Of a stretch of DNA of 64,000 bases, positions 7,840-15,258 are shown one piece after another. The DNA comes from Bdellovibrionales bacterium (GTDB lineage Bacteria; Bdellovibrionota; Bdellovibrionia; Bdellovibrionales; DASUEL01), in NCBI GenBank assembly GCA_050250255.1, contig JBFWOZ010000007.1, positions 9,200 through 73,199 of the forward strand, in the 5' to 3' direction. Both the position numbers and the translations under genes were made by a program. The notes beneath the pieces are model-generated. The model made no database searches and was not told the origin of the DNA. It worked only from the letters and a program-made list of their open reading frames with translations. Numbering within the stretch: position 1 is the stretch's first letter; each line of letters opens with the position of its first letter.

Positions 7840-10412
7840 AATTGATTTTAAGGTTGGCCTGGAGAGAAATCAGGTCACAACCCAAATTCACTCTTTTTTT
7901 CGTCCTCAACATCGCATTTGGTATGTTGGGATTTTTTTCGCTCCTGTTATTAAAACAATCCATGGAAGAGGCGATTGAAACTCAATCACGGGCGATGTTA
8001 TCTGCAGACATCAGTGTTTCTGGCCGACGTGCTATCACCGAGGAAGAAGAAAAAAAGTTTGTCACGGTGATTGAAAAATTAGATCAAGGGTATGAACCGC
8101 AAAGGCGTACCGATATCGTTGAAATGTTTTCGATGTTAGCCAGTGACTCAGAGAAACAAAAAAAATCTTTACTCGTACAAGTCAAAAGTATTCAAGAGGG
8201 TTTTCCGCTTTTTGGAAGTGTACAATTAGAAAAATTTGGATTGTTGAGTTCGGGAAAAAGACCTGCACATCTTGGAACCTACCCACCCATGTGGGTGTAT
8301 CCAGAGATTTTGCCTCAGCTGGGTTTAAAGTTGAATGAACTTGTGCGTTTGGGAGAGCAAACATTTCAGGTGTCGGATCTGGTGCAGAAGGATATCGGTA
8401 CGGCATTTCGTCTTCTCTCGCTAGCTCCAAAAGTTTATATTCAAAGTCAGGATTTAGAGCGCACTGGTCTTATTCGATTTGGTACCACAAGTACTAGTAC
8501 TCTCTTTTACATTTTAAAATCTGCACCCGCGGAGTTAGTGGAAAACGAATTGCAAAAAGTTTTGCTTGATCCAGGGCTCGATGTGCGAAGTCACAAGACG
8601 GCGAGTGAGCAGATGAATCGTCTCATCAGCTATTTAAGCGATTATTTAGCGCTTGCGGCCGTTGTGGGTCTTTGCCTCTCGTCGCTCGGAACAGGTTTTC
8701 TTTTCCGTAATTATATAAATAAACGCTTCAAGGATATCGGAATTTTTATTTCTTTAGGGCTATCGCGCTCAAAAAGTGCTTTGGTTTTTGTCGCCGTTGC
8801 TTTTTTGTTGAGTTTAGCAGCGCTACTGCTGAGTACGATATTTTCCATCACAGTGAGCCCGTTTTTACTTAATCTTGTAAAGGCCTTTACGCCTTTTGAT
8901 CTTCATTTTAGTTTTGCTTTTGAGAATGTGTTTTTTTTCTTTCTTTTTTGTTTCGTGACTGTGGCTCTCTCCTGCGCTCCGGTTATTCTTAAAATACAGG
9001 ATTTAAAACCTTCGGGTCTTTTTCGTGAGCATGAATATGCAACGATGTCTCACAGCCTTAAGCCATGGTTGGTATTTCCTATTGCTTTGGCCGTTTTATG
9101 GGCCGTGGCCATTTGGCAAACACAATCTCCTCGTGTGGGAAGCATTTTTGTTGCAAGTTTCTTAGGCTCCTTTTTGCTGATTTATTTTTTCGCTCGATGT
9201 TTATTTTATCTTATCGCACGCCTCCCTCAGCCACATAATATTCAATGGAAAATCGCTTTCCGAAATATTGTTCGCATGGGGCCGGGAGTGCTCGAAAGTT
9301 TTTTATGTTTAAGCTTAGGATGTCTTCTCATGAATCTTATTCCGCAACTGCAAACCAGTATCCGCTCTGAAATTACGCAGCCGGAAAGCTTAAGCTTACC
9401 GAGTTTTTTTCTTTTTGATATTCAGCCAGAGCAAGTTGAGCCTCTCCAACAATTAGCAAAAAAGCATCAGTTTCAACTAGAGGCACTCTCACCACTCGTG
9501 AGAGCGAGGCTTGCGGCCATCAACAATCAAACTTTTCAAAAATCAGAAGAGAACGAAACGGGGCAGTCTCGCGAAGAGCAGCGAAACAATAACTTTAGAA
9601 ATCGTGGTTACAATCTCACGTATCGTGAATCCCTCAACTCGAGCGAAGTGATCATTGCGGGGCGTCCGTTCAGTACCCAAAAAGAGAAGGAGGCGGAGAT
9701 CTCTGTGGAGAAAGATTTCGCAAGCAGACTGAATCTTAAGCTTGGGGATAAGTTGAGTTTTGATATTCAGGGTGTTCCTATTGAAGGAAAAATCGTAAAC
9801 CTGAGACGGGTAAAGTGGAACAGTTTTCAACCCAATTTCTTCGTTGTTTTTCAATCTGGTGTGTTGGAAGAAGCGCCGAAGACATTTCTTGCGTCGATTC
9901 CGAGTCTCCCTCGCGTGCAGAGAGGTGTGCTTCAATCAGAACTGGTCTCGCAGTTCTCTAACGTTTCTATCATTGATGTAGAGAGAGCTATTCAACAAAT
10001 TTTGGAACTCACAGAGCAGATGTCGTGGGCGCTCTTTTTTATGGCAGGTCTTTGTATTCTTTCGGGGCTTGTCGTGCTTTATTCGGTGGCCAATTTGCAG
10101 GCTTACAACCGACGCTGGGACTACACGATGTTAAAAATCTTAGGTAGTAAGTTGAGTGATCTTCGCAAGAGCGTGCTGGTGGAGTATGGAGGCATGGCTT
10201 TCCTTGCGGCCCTCATTGGTGCAAGTATTAGTCTGCTTATGAGCTACGTACTGTCGATTTATATTTTTGATGGATCTTTTGAATGGAATACCTGGTCTTT
10301 TGTCCTGTCGATAGCCGCAGTCATTGTACTGAGCCTGTTGGTGGTGTGGATTGCTACCTATGTTTATTTGAAGGAAAAGCCAGGTCGCTATTTATTCAAC
10401 CGAGATCTTTGA
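7836..10412 (+). CDS. ABC transporter permease, FtsX-family double-domain (YbbP-like)
   Basis: About 860 aa with two blocks of 4-5 TM helices separated by a large soluble domain. Start taken at ATG 7836 (MKLILRLAWREIR), which forms an ATGA overlap with the ATPase stop. The ORF track starts at 7797. Confidence 0.75.
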   Translation: MKLILRLAWREIRSQPKFTLFFVLNIAFGMLGFFSLLLLKQSMEEAIETQSRAMLSADISVSGRRAITEEEEKKFVTVIEKLDQGYEPQRRTDIVEMFSMLASDSEKQKKSLLVQVKSIQEGFPLFGSVQLEKFGLLSSGKRPAHLGTYPPMWVYPEILPQLGLKLNELVRLGEQTFQVSDLVQKDIGTAFRLLSLAPKVYIQSQDLERTGLIRFGTTSTSTLFYILKSAPAELVENELQKVLLDPGLDVRSHKTASEQMNRLISYLSDYLALAAVVGLCLSSLGTGFLFRNYINKRFKDIGIFISLGLSRSKSALVFVAVAFLLSLAALLLSTIFSITVSPFLLNLVKAFTPFDLHFSFAFENVFFFFLFCFVTVALSCAPVILKIQDLKPSGLFREHEYATMSHSLKPWLVFPIALAVLWAVAIWQTQSPRVGSIFVASFLGSFLLIYFFARCLFYLIARLPQPHNIQWKIAFRNIVRMGPGVLESFLCLSLGCLLMNLIPQLQTSIRSEITQPESLSLPSFFLFDIQPEQVEPLQQLAKKHQFQLEALSPLVRARLAAINNQTFQKSEENETGQSREEQRNNNFRNRGYNLTYRESLNSSEVIIAGRPFSTQKEKEAEISVEKDFASRLNLKLGDKLSFDIQGVPIEGKIVNLRRVKWNSFQPNFFVVFQSGVLEEAPKTFLASIPSLPRVQRGVLQSELVSQFSNVSIIDVERAIQQILELTEQMSWALFFMAGLCILSGLVVLYSVANLQAYNRRWDYTMLKILGSKLSDLRKSVLVEYGGMAFLAALIGASISLLMSYVLSIYIFDGSFEWNTWSFVLSIAAVIVLSLLVVWIATYVYLKEKPGRYLFNRDL

Positions 10413-10418
10413 GTATGC

Positions 10419-10598
10419 AGGGCGTGTCCATACTTAGATTTTGGCTGCAAAAGTCATCTTCCTTCGCAGAAAATTGCTGCTCGTCTGCGATTTTCTGCGA
10501 CTTGGCTACGGCCAAGCCTCAAAAATCTTGTCTGCGCCTCAATTTTCTACTCGAAATCTGAACTTTTTCGCTTCAAAATCTAAGTATGGACACGCCCT
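10419..10598. repeat. 180-bp palindromic intergenic element with 24-bp perfect terminal inverted repeats
   Basis: agggcgtgtccatacttagatttt (10419-10442) is the exact reverse complement of 10575-10598. There is an internal 11-bp perfect hairpin (10464-10474 / 10490-10500). A central hairpin cttggc-tacg-gccaag (10501-10516) sits exactly at the element midpoint. Confidence 0.85.
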
Positions 10599-10601
10599 AG
10601 G

Positions 10602-11219
10602 ATGGAAATTACCTATTTTGATAACTACGAAGCTTTAAGTGCATCGGCGAATGAATGGTGTCGTGAAAAAATTCAGACCCACAAAGCGAAGAGTCTTTAC
10701 GTTCCCGCTGGCCAAACACCTATTGGCCTTTATCATCTTTGGGAAGAGACAAAACCAAATTTTTTAAAGTCCATTCAGCTCATTCAGATTGATGAAGTGA
10801 TTCAAGGGAACAAAAAAGATCTCTTCAAAAGTTTCTTTGAACAAGAGCTTCCTTCTTTTAAAAAACAAATTGAGTTTATAAAAGACAAACCACATTATGC
10901 GGATCTAGGCGTTCTTGGTTTGGGTACTAATGGACATGTGGCTTTTCATGAGCCGAGTGTGGACCCGGCCTTTTCTTTTGGGTATGTGGACCTCTCTGAA
11001 TCTACCAAAAAACATTTGGGAATTGAGGGCACTGCCGAGGCTGTTTCCTACGGGGTGGGGGCCTTTCTCAGGACTAAGGCACTTCTCCTTCTCATTAGCG
11101 GTAAAAACAAGAAACTTATTTTTGATCGTTTAATAGCAGGGGAAGACAATATCCCGGCTGTTTGGCTGACCTCCCATGAACGCTTGGATGTCTATGTAGA
11201 CCAGAGTTCCATCACTTAA
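10602..11219 (+). CDS. glucosamine-6-phosphate deaminase / 6-phosphogluconolactonase family protein (short form)
   Basis: 205 aa. GLGTNGHVAFHEP matches the NagB/Pgl family signature (G-x-G-x-[DN]-G-H-x-A-[FS]-x-x-P). Confidence 0.7.
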   Translation: MEITYFDNYEALSASANEWCREKIQTHKAKSLYVPAGQTPIGLYHLWEETKPNFLKSIQLIQIDEVIQGNKKDLFKSFFEQELPSFKKQIEFIKDKPHYADLGVLGLGTNGHVAFHEPSVDPAFSFGYVDLSESTKKHLGIEGTAEAVSYGVGAFLRTKALLLLISGKNKKLIFDRLIAGEDNIPAVWLTSHERLDVYVDQSSIT

Positions 11220-11475
11220 ATATTGGAATTCTCAAGCAAAAAGGGCCCTTTCTCCTTCCTTAAAGGATCCCCCATAGAGGAAGTGTGTTTTCATTAGGCT
11301 TTCGTGAAGAAATGGTGCCGATTGAAAAAAAAGTTTCCTGACTTAGGGGGTTATGGTACATCATTTTCAAGTAAACAGTCCGCGCGGGTCCGGTAGATGG
11401 CTACTCAGTTCCTTAAGCGGCTACGTAGGGTCGAGAGTGATGCACTCTATGATCTAGGATATGAGGAGGCTACAC

Positions 11476-11829
11476 ATGGGTAAAAAACTATACATCGGAA
11501 ATCTTCCGTTCTCGGTGAATGATGCAAGCTTACAGGAGCATTTTTCACAGGTTGGACAAGTTGAATCTGCAAAGGTCATCACTGACCGTGATTCTGGTCG
11601 AAGCAAAGGTTTTGGATTTGTAGAAATGGGTTCTGATTCTGAAGCAGCTGATGCTGTTACAAAATTCAACGGAACAGAATTCCAAGGTCGAACAATGACA
11701 GTTGCGGAAGCACGTCCACAAGCTCCACGTGAAGGCGGCGGCGGCGGATTCCGTGGCGGTGGCGGCGGACGCGGCGGTGGCGGCGGACGTGGCGGCGGTG
11801 GCGGCGGCGGTTGGAACAGAGACCGATAG
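11476..11829 (+). CDS. RRM-type RNA-binding protein with Gly/Arg-rich tail
   Basis: ATG 11476 is preceded by GAGGAGG. RNP2 is LYIGNL and RNP1 is KGFGFVEM. The C-terminus is GGGGGFRGGGGGRGGGGGRGGGGGGGW. Confidence 0.85.
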   Translation: MGKKLYIGNLPFSVNDASLQEHFSQVGQVESAKVITDRDSGRSKGFGFVEMGSDSEAADAVTKFNGTEFQGRTMTVAEARPQAPREGGGGGFRGGGGGRGGGGGRGGGGGGGWNRDR

Positions 11830-11863
11830 TCCACAGTTTAAAAATAAAGCTAATAAGAGAAAA

Positions 11864-11888
11864 GGGTATCGCAAGGTGCCCTTTTTTT
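11864..11888. terminator. bidirectional rho-independent terminator
   Basis: gggtatc-gcaa-ggtgccc is a 7-bp stem (two G-U pairs) with a GNRA loop, followed by T7 on the plus strand. On the minus strand it is followed by TTTTCTCTT. It lies between convergent genes. Confidence 0.65.
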
Positions 11889-13239
11889 ATTGATTGAATT
11901 GGGAAATGGCTTGAGTGGCTTTGAAAAGATTCAGTCGACCGTTACTCATGCTCTTGTCTTTTAAGGCCTCAATGGCATCTACGTTTTGTAAAAGAATTTT
12001 TTTAAGAGACAAGCTCGCTTCTTTAGGAGAGCTTTTGTAATAGTCGTTAAAAGTTCGGTTTGCAGCGCTGTGAAGAAGCGCAACGGCACCCGCCACGTAA
12101 GGAGTAGCCATAGAAGTTCCGGTCATCTTCATAATGCTCTGACCGGGCACTGTCGAGAGGACATCCGTTCCTGGAGCGCCAAGATCGATGCTCTTTATTC
12201 CATAACCTGAAGAGGTATTGAGACGATCGAGTTCGTCGGTATTTGTAACCGCGATTAAGCTTTCGCTTTCACATCCTGTTGGAACATCTCCTCTTGCATC
12301 CACATCGATATTGCGATTGATGGTGGCAGCGACAGAGAGAATGCCATAGTTCCCCATCAAATTATAAATATCATTCCATGGTTTATATTCATTGGACTTA
12401 CAATCTGCAAAGTCGACACCGAAGCTCGAGTTTGTGGCGACAACATTGGCGCCTTTCATACCTCTGGATTCTAGCCAGATTTTTTTCTGAACAAGTACGT
12501 AGTTATAGGCCTTTAAAACGGTAGAGGTTTTTCCTGAAGCTCCAACAACCGACATAATTTTTACTTGATGATTCACGCCGCACACTTGAATCTGATTGTT
12601 TCCTCGTGCTCCTACAATTCCTGCAACATGGGTTGCGTGTGCATCACGAGGGAGTTTACCGCTGTCATCAAACGCGTTCCAACCATTTACGTCGTCGATG
12701 TATCCATTACCATCATCGTCTTTACCATTGGCTGCAATTTCTGTTTTGTTCACCCAAATATTTTCTCGAAGGTCTTCATGGAGAATATCAATTCCACCAT
12801 CTACAACGGCAACGACGATATCGCTGCCCGAGACATCCTGACCACCCTTTGAATAGTTCCAAGCCTCTGTCGCTTTGATGTCGGCATTGGGGGTTACAGT
12901 ATTCTTCAATGGCCATTGCAATTTAAAATCTGGATCGTTCGGCATATCTCGGAGCGACACCTCGTAATCGGGCACCGCGTACTCTACGCTTTTAATTTCT
13001 CGAAGTTGTCTGAGTGTTTCACCGATAGAGACATTATTTTTTTTGTAGCCCAAATAAATACCAAGTGCGGGTACAAGCTCTTCCGTGTGAGTCACGGCGT
13101 TGAGAAGATTGGTCTCTTTTATTGCAATAGAATTTTTCAACCGAAAAATCACTTGCTCAGAAGAGAATTCAGCCGCTTTAGAATTTTGAGTGAATAAAAA
13201 AAGACAGAGAGACAGTGGCCAGCAAAGAGTCGTTTTCAC
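11887..13239 (-). CDS. secreted subtilisin-like serine protease (peptidase S8)
   Basis: Signal peptide is present. Catalytic blocks are VAVVDGGID (Asp), HATHVAGIVGA (His) and GTSMATPYVAGAVALL (Ser). Confidence 0.85.
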   Translation of the reverse strand: MKTTLCWPLSLCLFLFTQNSKAAEFSSEQVIFRLKNSIAIKETNLLNAVTHTEELVPALGIYLGYKKNNVSIGETLRQLREIKSVEYAVPDYEVSLRDMPNDPDFKLQWPLKNTVTPNADIKATEAWNYSKGGQDVSGSDIVVAVVDGGIDILHEDLRENIWVNKTEIAANGKDDDGNGYIDDVNGWNAFDDSGKLPRDAHATHVAGIVGARGNNQIQVCGVNHQVKIMSVVGASGKTSTVLKAYNYVLVQKKIWLESRGMKGANVVATNSSFGVDFADCKSNEYKPWNDIYNLMGNYGILSVAATINRNIDVDARGDVPTGCESESLIAVTNTDELDRLNTSSGYGIKSIDLGAPGTDVLSTVPGQSIMKMTGTSMATPYVAGAVALLHSAANRTFNDYYKSSPKEASLSLKKILLQNVDAIEALKDKSMSNGRLNLFKATQAISQFNQ

Positions 13240-13373
13240 AAATTCCCCCTAGGAAAAGACTCTTTCAGTGTAAGTCGAAGGGGAGGGATTTCCCTAAGGT
13301 AGCGAGGGCTGGCTCTTCTGTTTCCAGACAAGAGTCAGGAGACTTTATTGCTCCATCAAGCCCTTTGTACGGC

Positions 13374-14252
13374 CTAGAACATGTCATCCACGGCACATGG
13401 ATTTTCTATCTCTCGAAGGAGGAAGTTCTTTGTGTCGAGAGGTTTCCAACCGCGCCCCAAAAGCTCATTGTACTTAGACTGAGGGACAGATGGGACTTGA
13501 GTCGAATCAAAGAAATCTGTGTTCGTGGTGTAGCCATTAAGAGGATCCATGACATCGGCAGGGTTTGTGGGCCAAGGTCTCCACATCAAAACCATAGAAA
13601 TGTGCATGCGAGGTCCTTGGTAGTATTGTAGCTTCATAGGTAAGCGAGTCGTGCGATCAAAATGTACGGCCTGTGTGGCGACTTGGAAGCGCGTAGGATG
13701 ATCGTTTTCGTTTTCAATCAAAGTTTGAAACGGAACGTTGCTGTCAGGTTGGAGGCTAAGAGTTGCTCCATCATCTGAGAGGATAGCGAATTGATAATCA
13801 CCGATGTGCGTATCGGAAGCATTTAACATCAACGTACTTTCGAGTTGTAAACCAAAGTATTCGTAGAGCGTGTCCCCGGTATTTGTTTTAAGGGTGACGC
13901 CCTCTTGTGTGGTAAACCCTAGGTCAAAGGCGCGCGTCGGAACAAAGAGTCGACTTAAAAATAAGGTGACTCGATCTACAAGAACTCCATGGTTGATGTA
14001 GTCTGATGAACGATTGTAGCGAGGCATATCGTCGGTGAGGTAATAGAATTTTCCCGTTAAACCATTTTGACGGTAGACGAGTTCATCGTTACTAAAGGGA
14101 TCACAAACAACCGGCTCTACAGGCGGATTGATCTCGAGCTTCATCCCTTCGCTACTTTGTCCAGAGCCATTATCTTGGCCGGGCTGGCAGGCCAACTGCG
14201 AGACAGAAATAATAAGACCGTAAAGTATTATGCTTATTCTTTTTATCGCCAT
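13374..14252 (-). CDS. lipoprotein with PA14-like domain
   Basis: Lipobox QLAC. GLTGKFYYL ... GDYQFAILSDDGATLSL resembles the PA14 pattern (GLxGxYY ... Y.F...DDG..L). Confidence 0.55.
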   Translation of the reverse strand: MAIKRISIILYGLIISVSQLACQPGQDNGSGQSSEGMKLEINPPVEPVVCDPFSNDELVYRQNGLTGKFYYLTDDMPRYNRSSDYINHGVLVDRVTLFLSRLFVPTRAFDLGFTTQEGVTLKTNTGDTLYEYFGLQLESTLMLNASDTHIGDYQFAILSDDGATLSLQPDSNVPFQTLIENENDHPTRFQVATQAVHFDRTTRLPMKLQYYQGPRMHISMVLMWRPWPTNPADVMDPLNGYTTNTDFFDSTQVPSVPQSKYNELLGRGWKPLDTKNFLLREIENPCAVDDMF

Positions 14253-14459
14253 ACGTTCCTCATCAAAGTCGAATCTTGTACCTAGATATAAGAATACCGG
14301 GGAACTGGACCTTTGTGTTGTAGCAGCTTGAGACTGACTAAAAGTTTAATAATAAATTATGAAAATTTGATGAAACTTCGTACACACATTTGTGAATGCT
14401 CTTGTTTATCGGGGGCTTACGGAAAAACAAAGGGAAATATAAAATCTCAATTTGAGAGA

Positions 14460-14615
14460 GGTTGGAGGTTTGGGGTTTATCGTTTGAGGTTTGTCGTACC
14501 GTTAGAGGTTTACCGTTTGAGTTTTCGGTTGAGTACCGCCTGAGATTTAGACCTCCAACCTCCAACCTTTAAACGGTACCTCAAACCCTAAACCTCAAAC
14601 GACAAACCTCCAACC
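14460..14615. repeat. mosaic GT-rich / CA-rich imperfect inverted repeat (long hairpin) just 3' of the kynB operon
   Basis: Perfect complementary blocks occur in antiparallel order: 14460-14472 with 14603-14615 (13 bp), 14480-14492 with 14590-14602 (13 bp), and 14496-14503 with 14572-14579 (8 bp). The arms are built from GGTTKGAGG-like units. Confidence 0.75.
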
Positions 14616-14621
14616 GTAAAC

Positions 14622-15251
14622 CTATGTCGTCACCAACACCGCTCTAACAGGAGAAGCATCCGCGCTAGCAATCTTCAACGGCATCGCAATCAACGTATAG
14701 TTACCAGGCTGTACATGAGCAAGAACAAGTCCTTCGAGATTCACAATTTGATTTTTCGAAATCGCTTGATGGCTTTCAAGAATTTTGTCAGCAAAAGGGT
14801 CAATGGAAGGAGTGTCGATTCCTATCAGGAGCACGTTCTTTTCGGACAAAAATTCAATCAGCTCGGGTGAAAGACTATTGAAATCTTCATTGAAATGATT
14901 GGGATCGGGAAAGGAATTTGTTTTGAGGAGTATTCTCTGCGAGGTGATGGATTCTTTTAGATCTTGAACTTGGATTCGCTTTCCTCGAGGGATATTCACT
15001 TCTAGCACCTGACAGTGACCGTAATAAGGTTCGAGCTCCATACGATCAATGCTCGGACCACTTCGTAGGTAGTGAGAGCGGGCGTCGGCATGAGCACCTA
15101 AATGTACGGTTGTATGAATAGAACTGAGTCCAATGTTCGCGCCTTGCTCCATATCTAACGAAATGTTGCGAGTAAAAGGCGTATCGCCTGGCCAAACCGC
15201 AATCTTTTCTGAAATGAGTGGCGAAATATCAATGAATTGGTTCTTCTTCAT
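14622..15251 (-). CDS. kynB: kynurenine formamidase (cyclase family)
   Basis: 209 aa. It has IDISPLISEKIAVWPGDTPF, HLGAHADA (the HxGTHxDxP-type metal motif) and C-terminal ADASPVRAV. It matches Bacillus/Pseudomonas KynB along its whole length, from memory. Confidence 0.8.
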   Translation of the reverse strand: MKKNQFIDISPLISEKIAVWPGDTPFTRNISLDMEQGANIGLSSIHTTVHLGAHADARSHYLRSGPSIDRMELEPYYGHCQVLEVNIPRGKRIQVQDLKESITSQRILLKTNSFPDPNHFNEDFNSLSPELIEFLSEKNVLLIGIDTPSIDPFADKILESHQAISKNQIVNLEGLVLAHVQPGNYTLIAMPLKIASADASPVRAVLVTT

Positions 15252-15258
15252 AATCCTC

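Noticed and set aside
10283-10638. ORFs 10283..10561 (92 aa) and 10441..10638 (65 aa) crossing the palindromic element
   Set aside because: They run through a perfect inverted repeat and overlap the end of the permease gene or the start of the nagB-like gene. They have no RBS and no recognisable protein features. They are treated as artefacts of the non-coding element. The same applies to ORF 59268..59576 inside the second element.
11454-11874. Antisense Pro-rich (126 aa) and Ala-rich (109 aa) ORFs opposite the RRM gene, and the plus-strand Ala-rich ORF 11702..11893
   Set aside because: They are frame or strand shadows of the (GGN)n repeat that encodes the Gly/Arg tail. The RRM frame has clear RNP1/RNP2 motifs and a strong RBS.
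14460-14615. CRISPR array, tandem-repeat locus or telomere-like repeat (aaaccctaaacc resembles CCCTAAA)
   Set aside because: The units are irregular in length and sequence, with no constant repeat/unique spacer alternation and no cas genes. The organisation is an inverted mosaic rather than a direct array. The telomere-like heptamer occurs once and is most likely coincidental.
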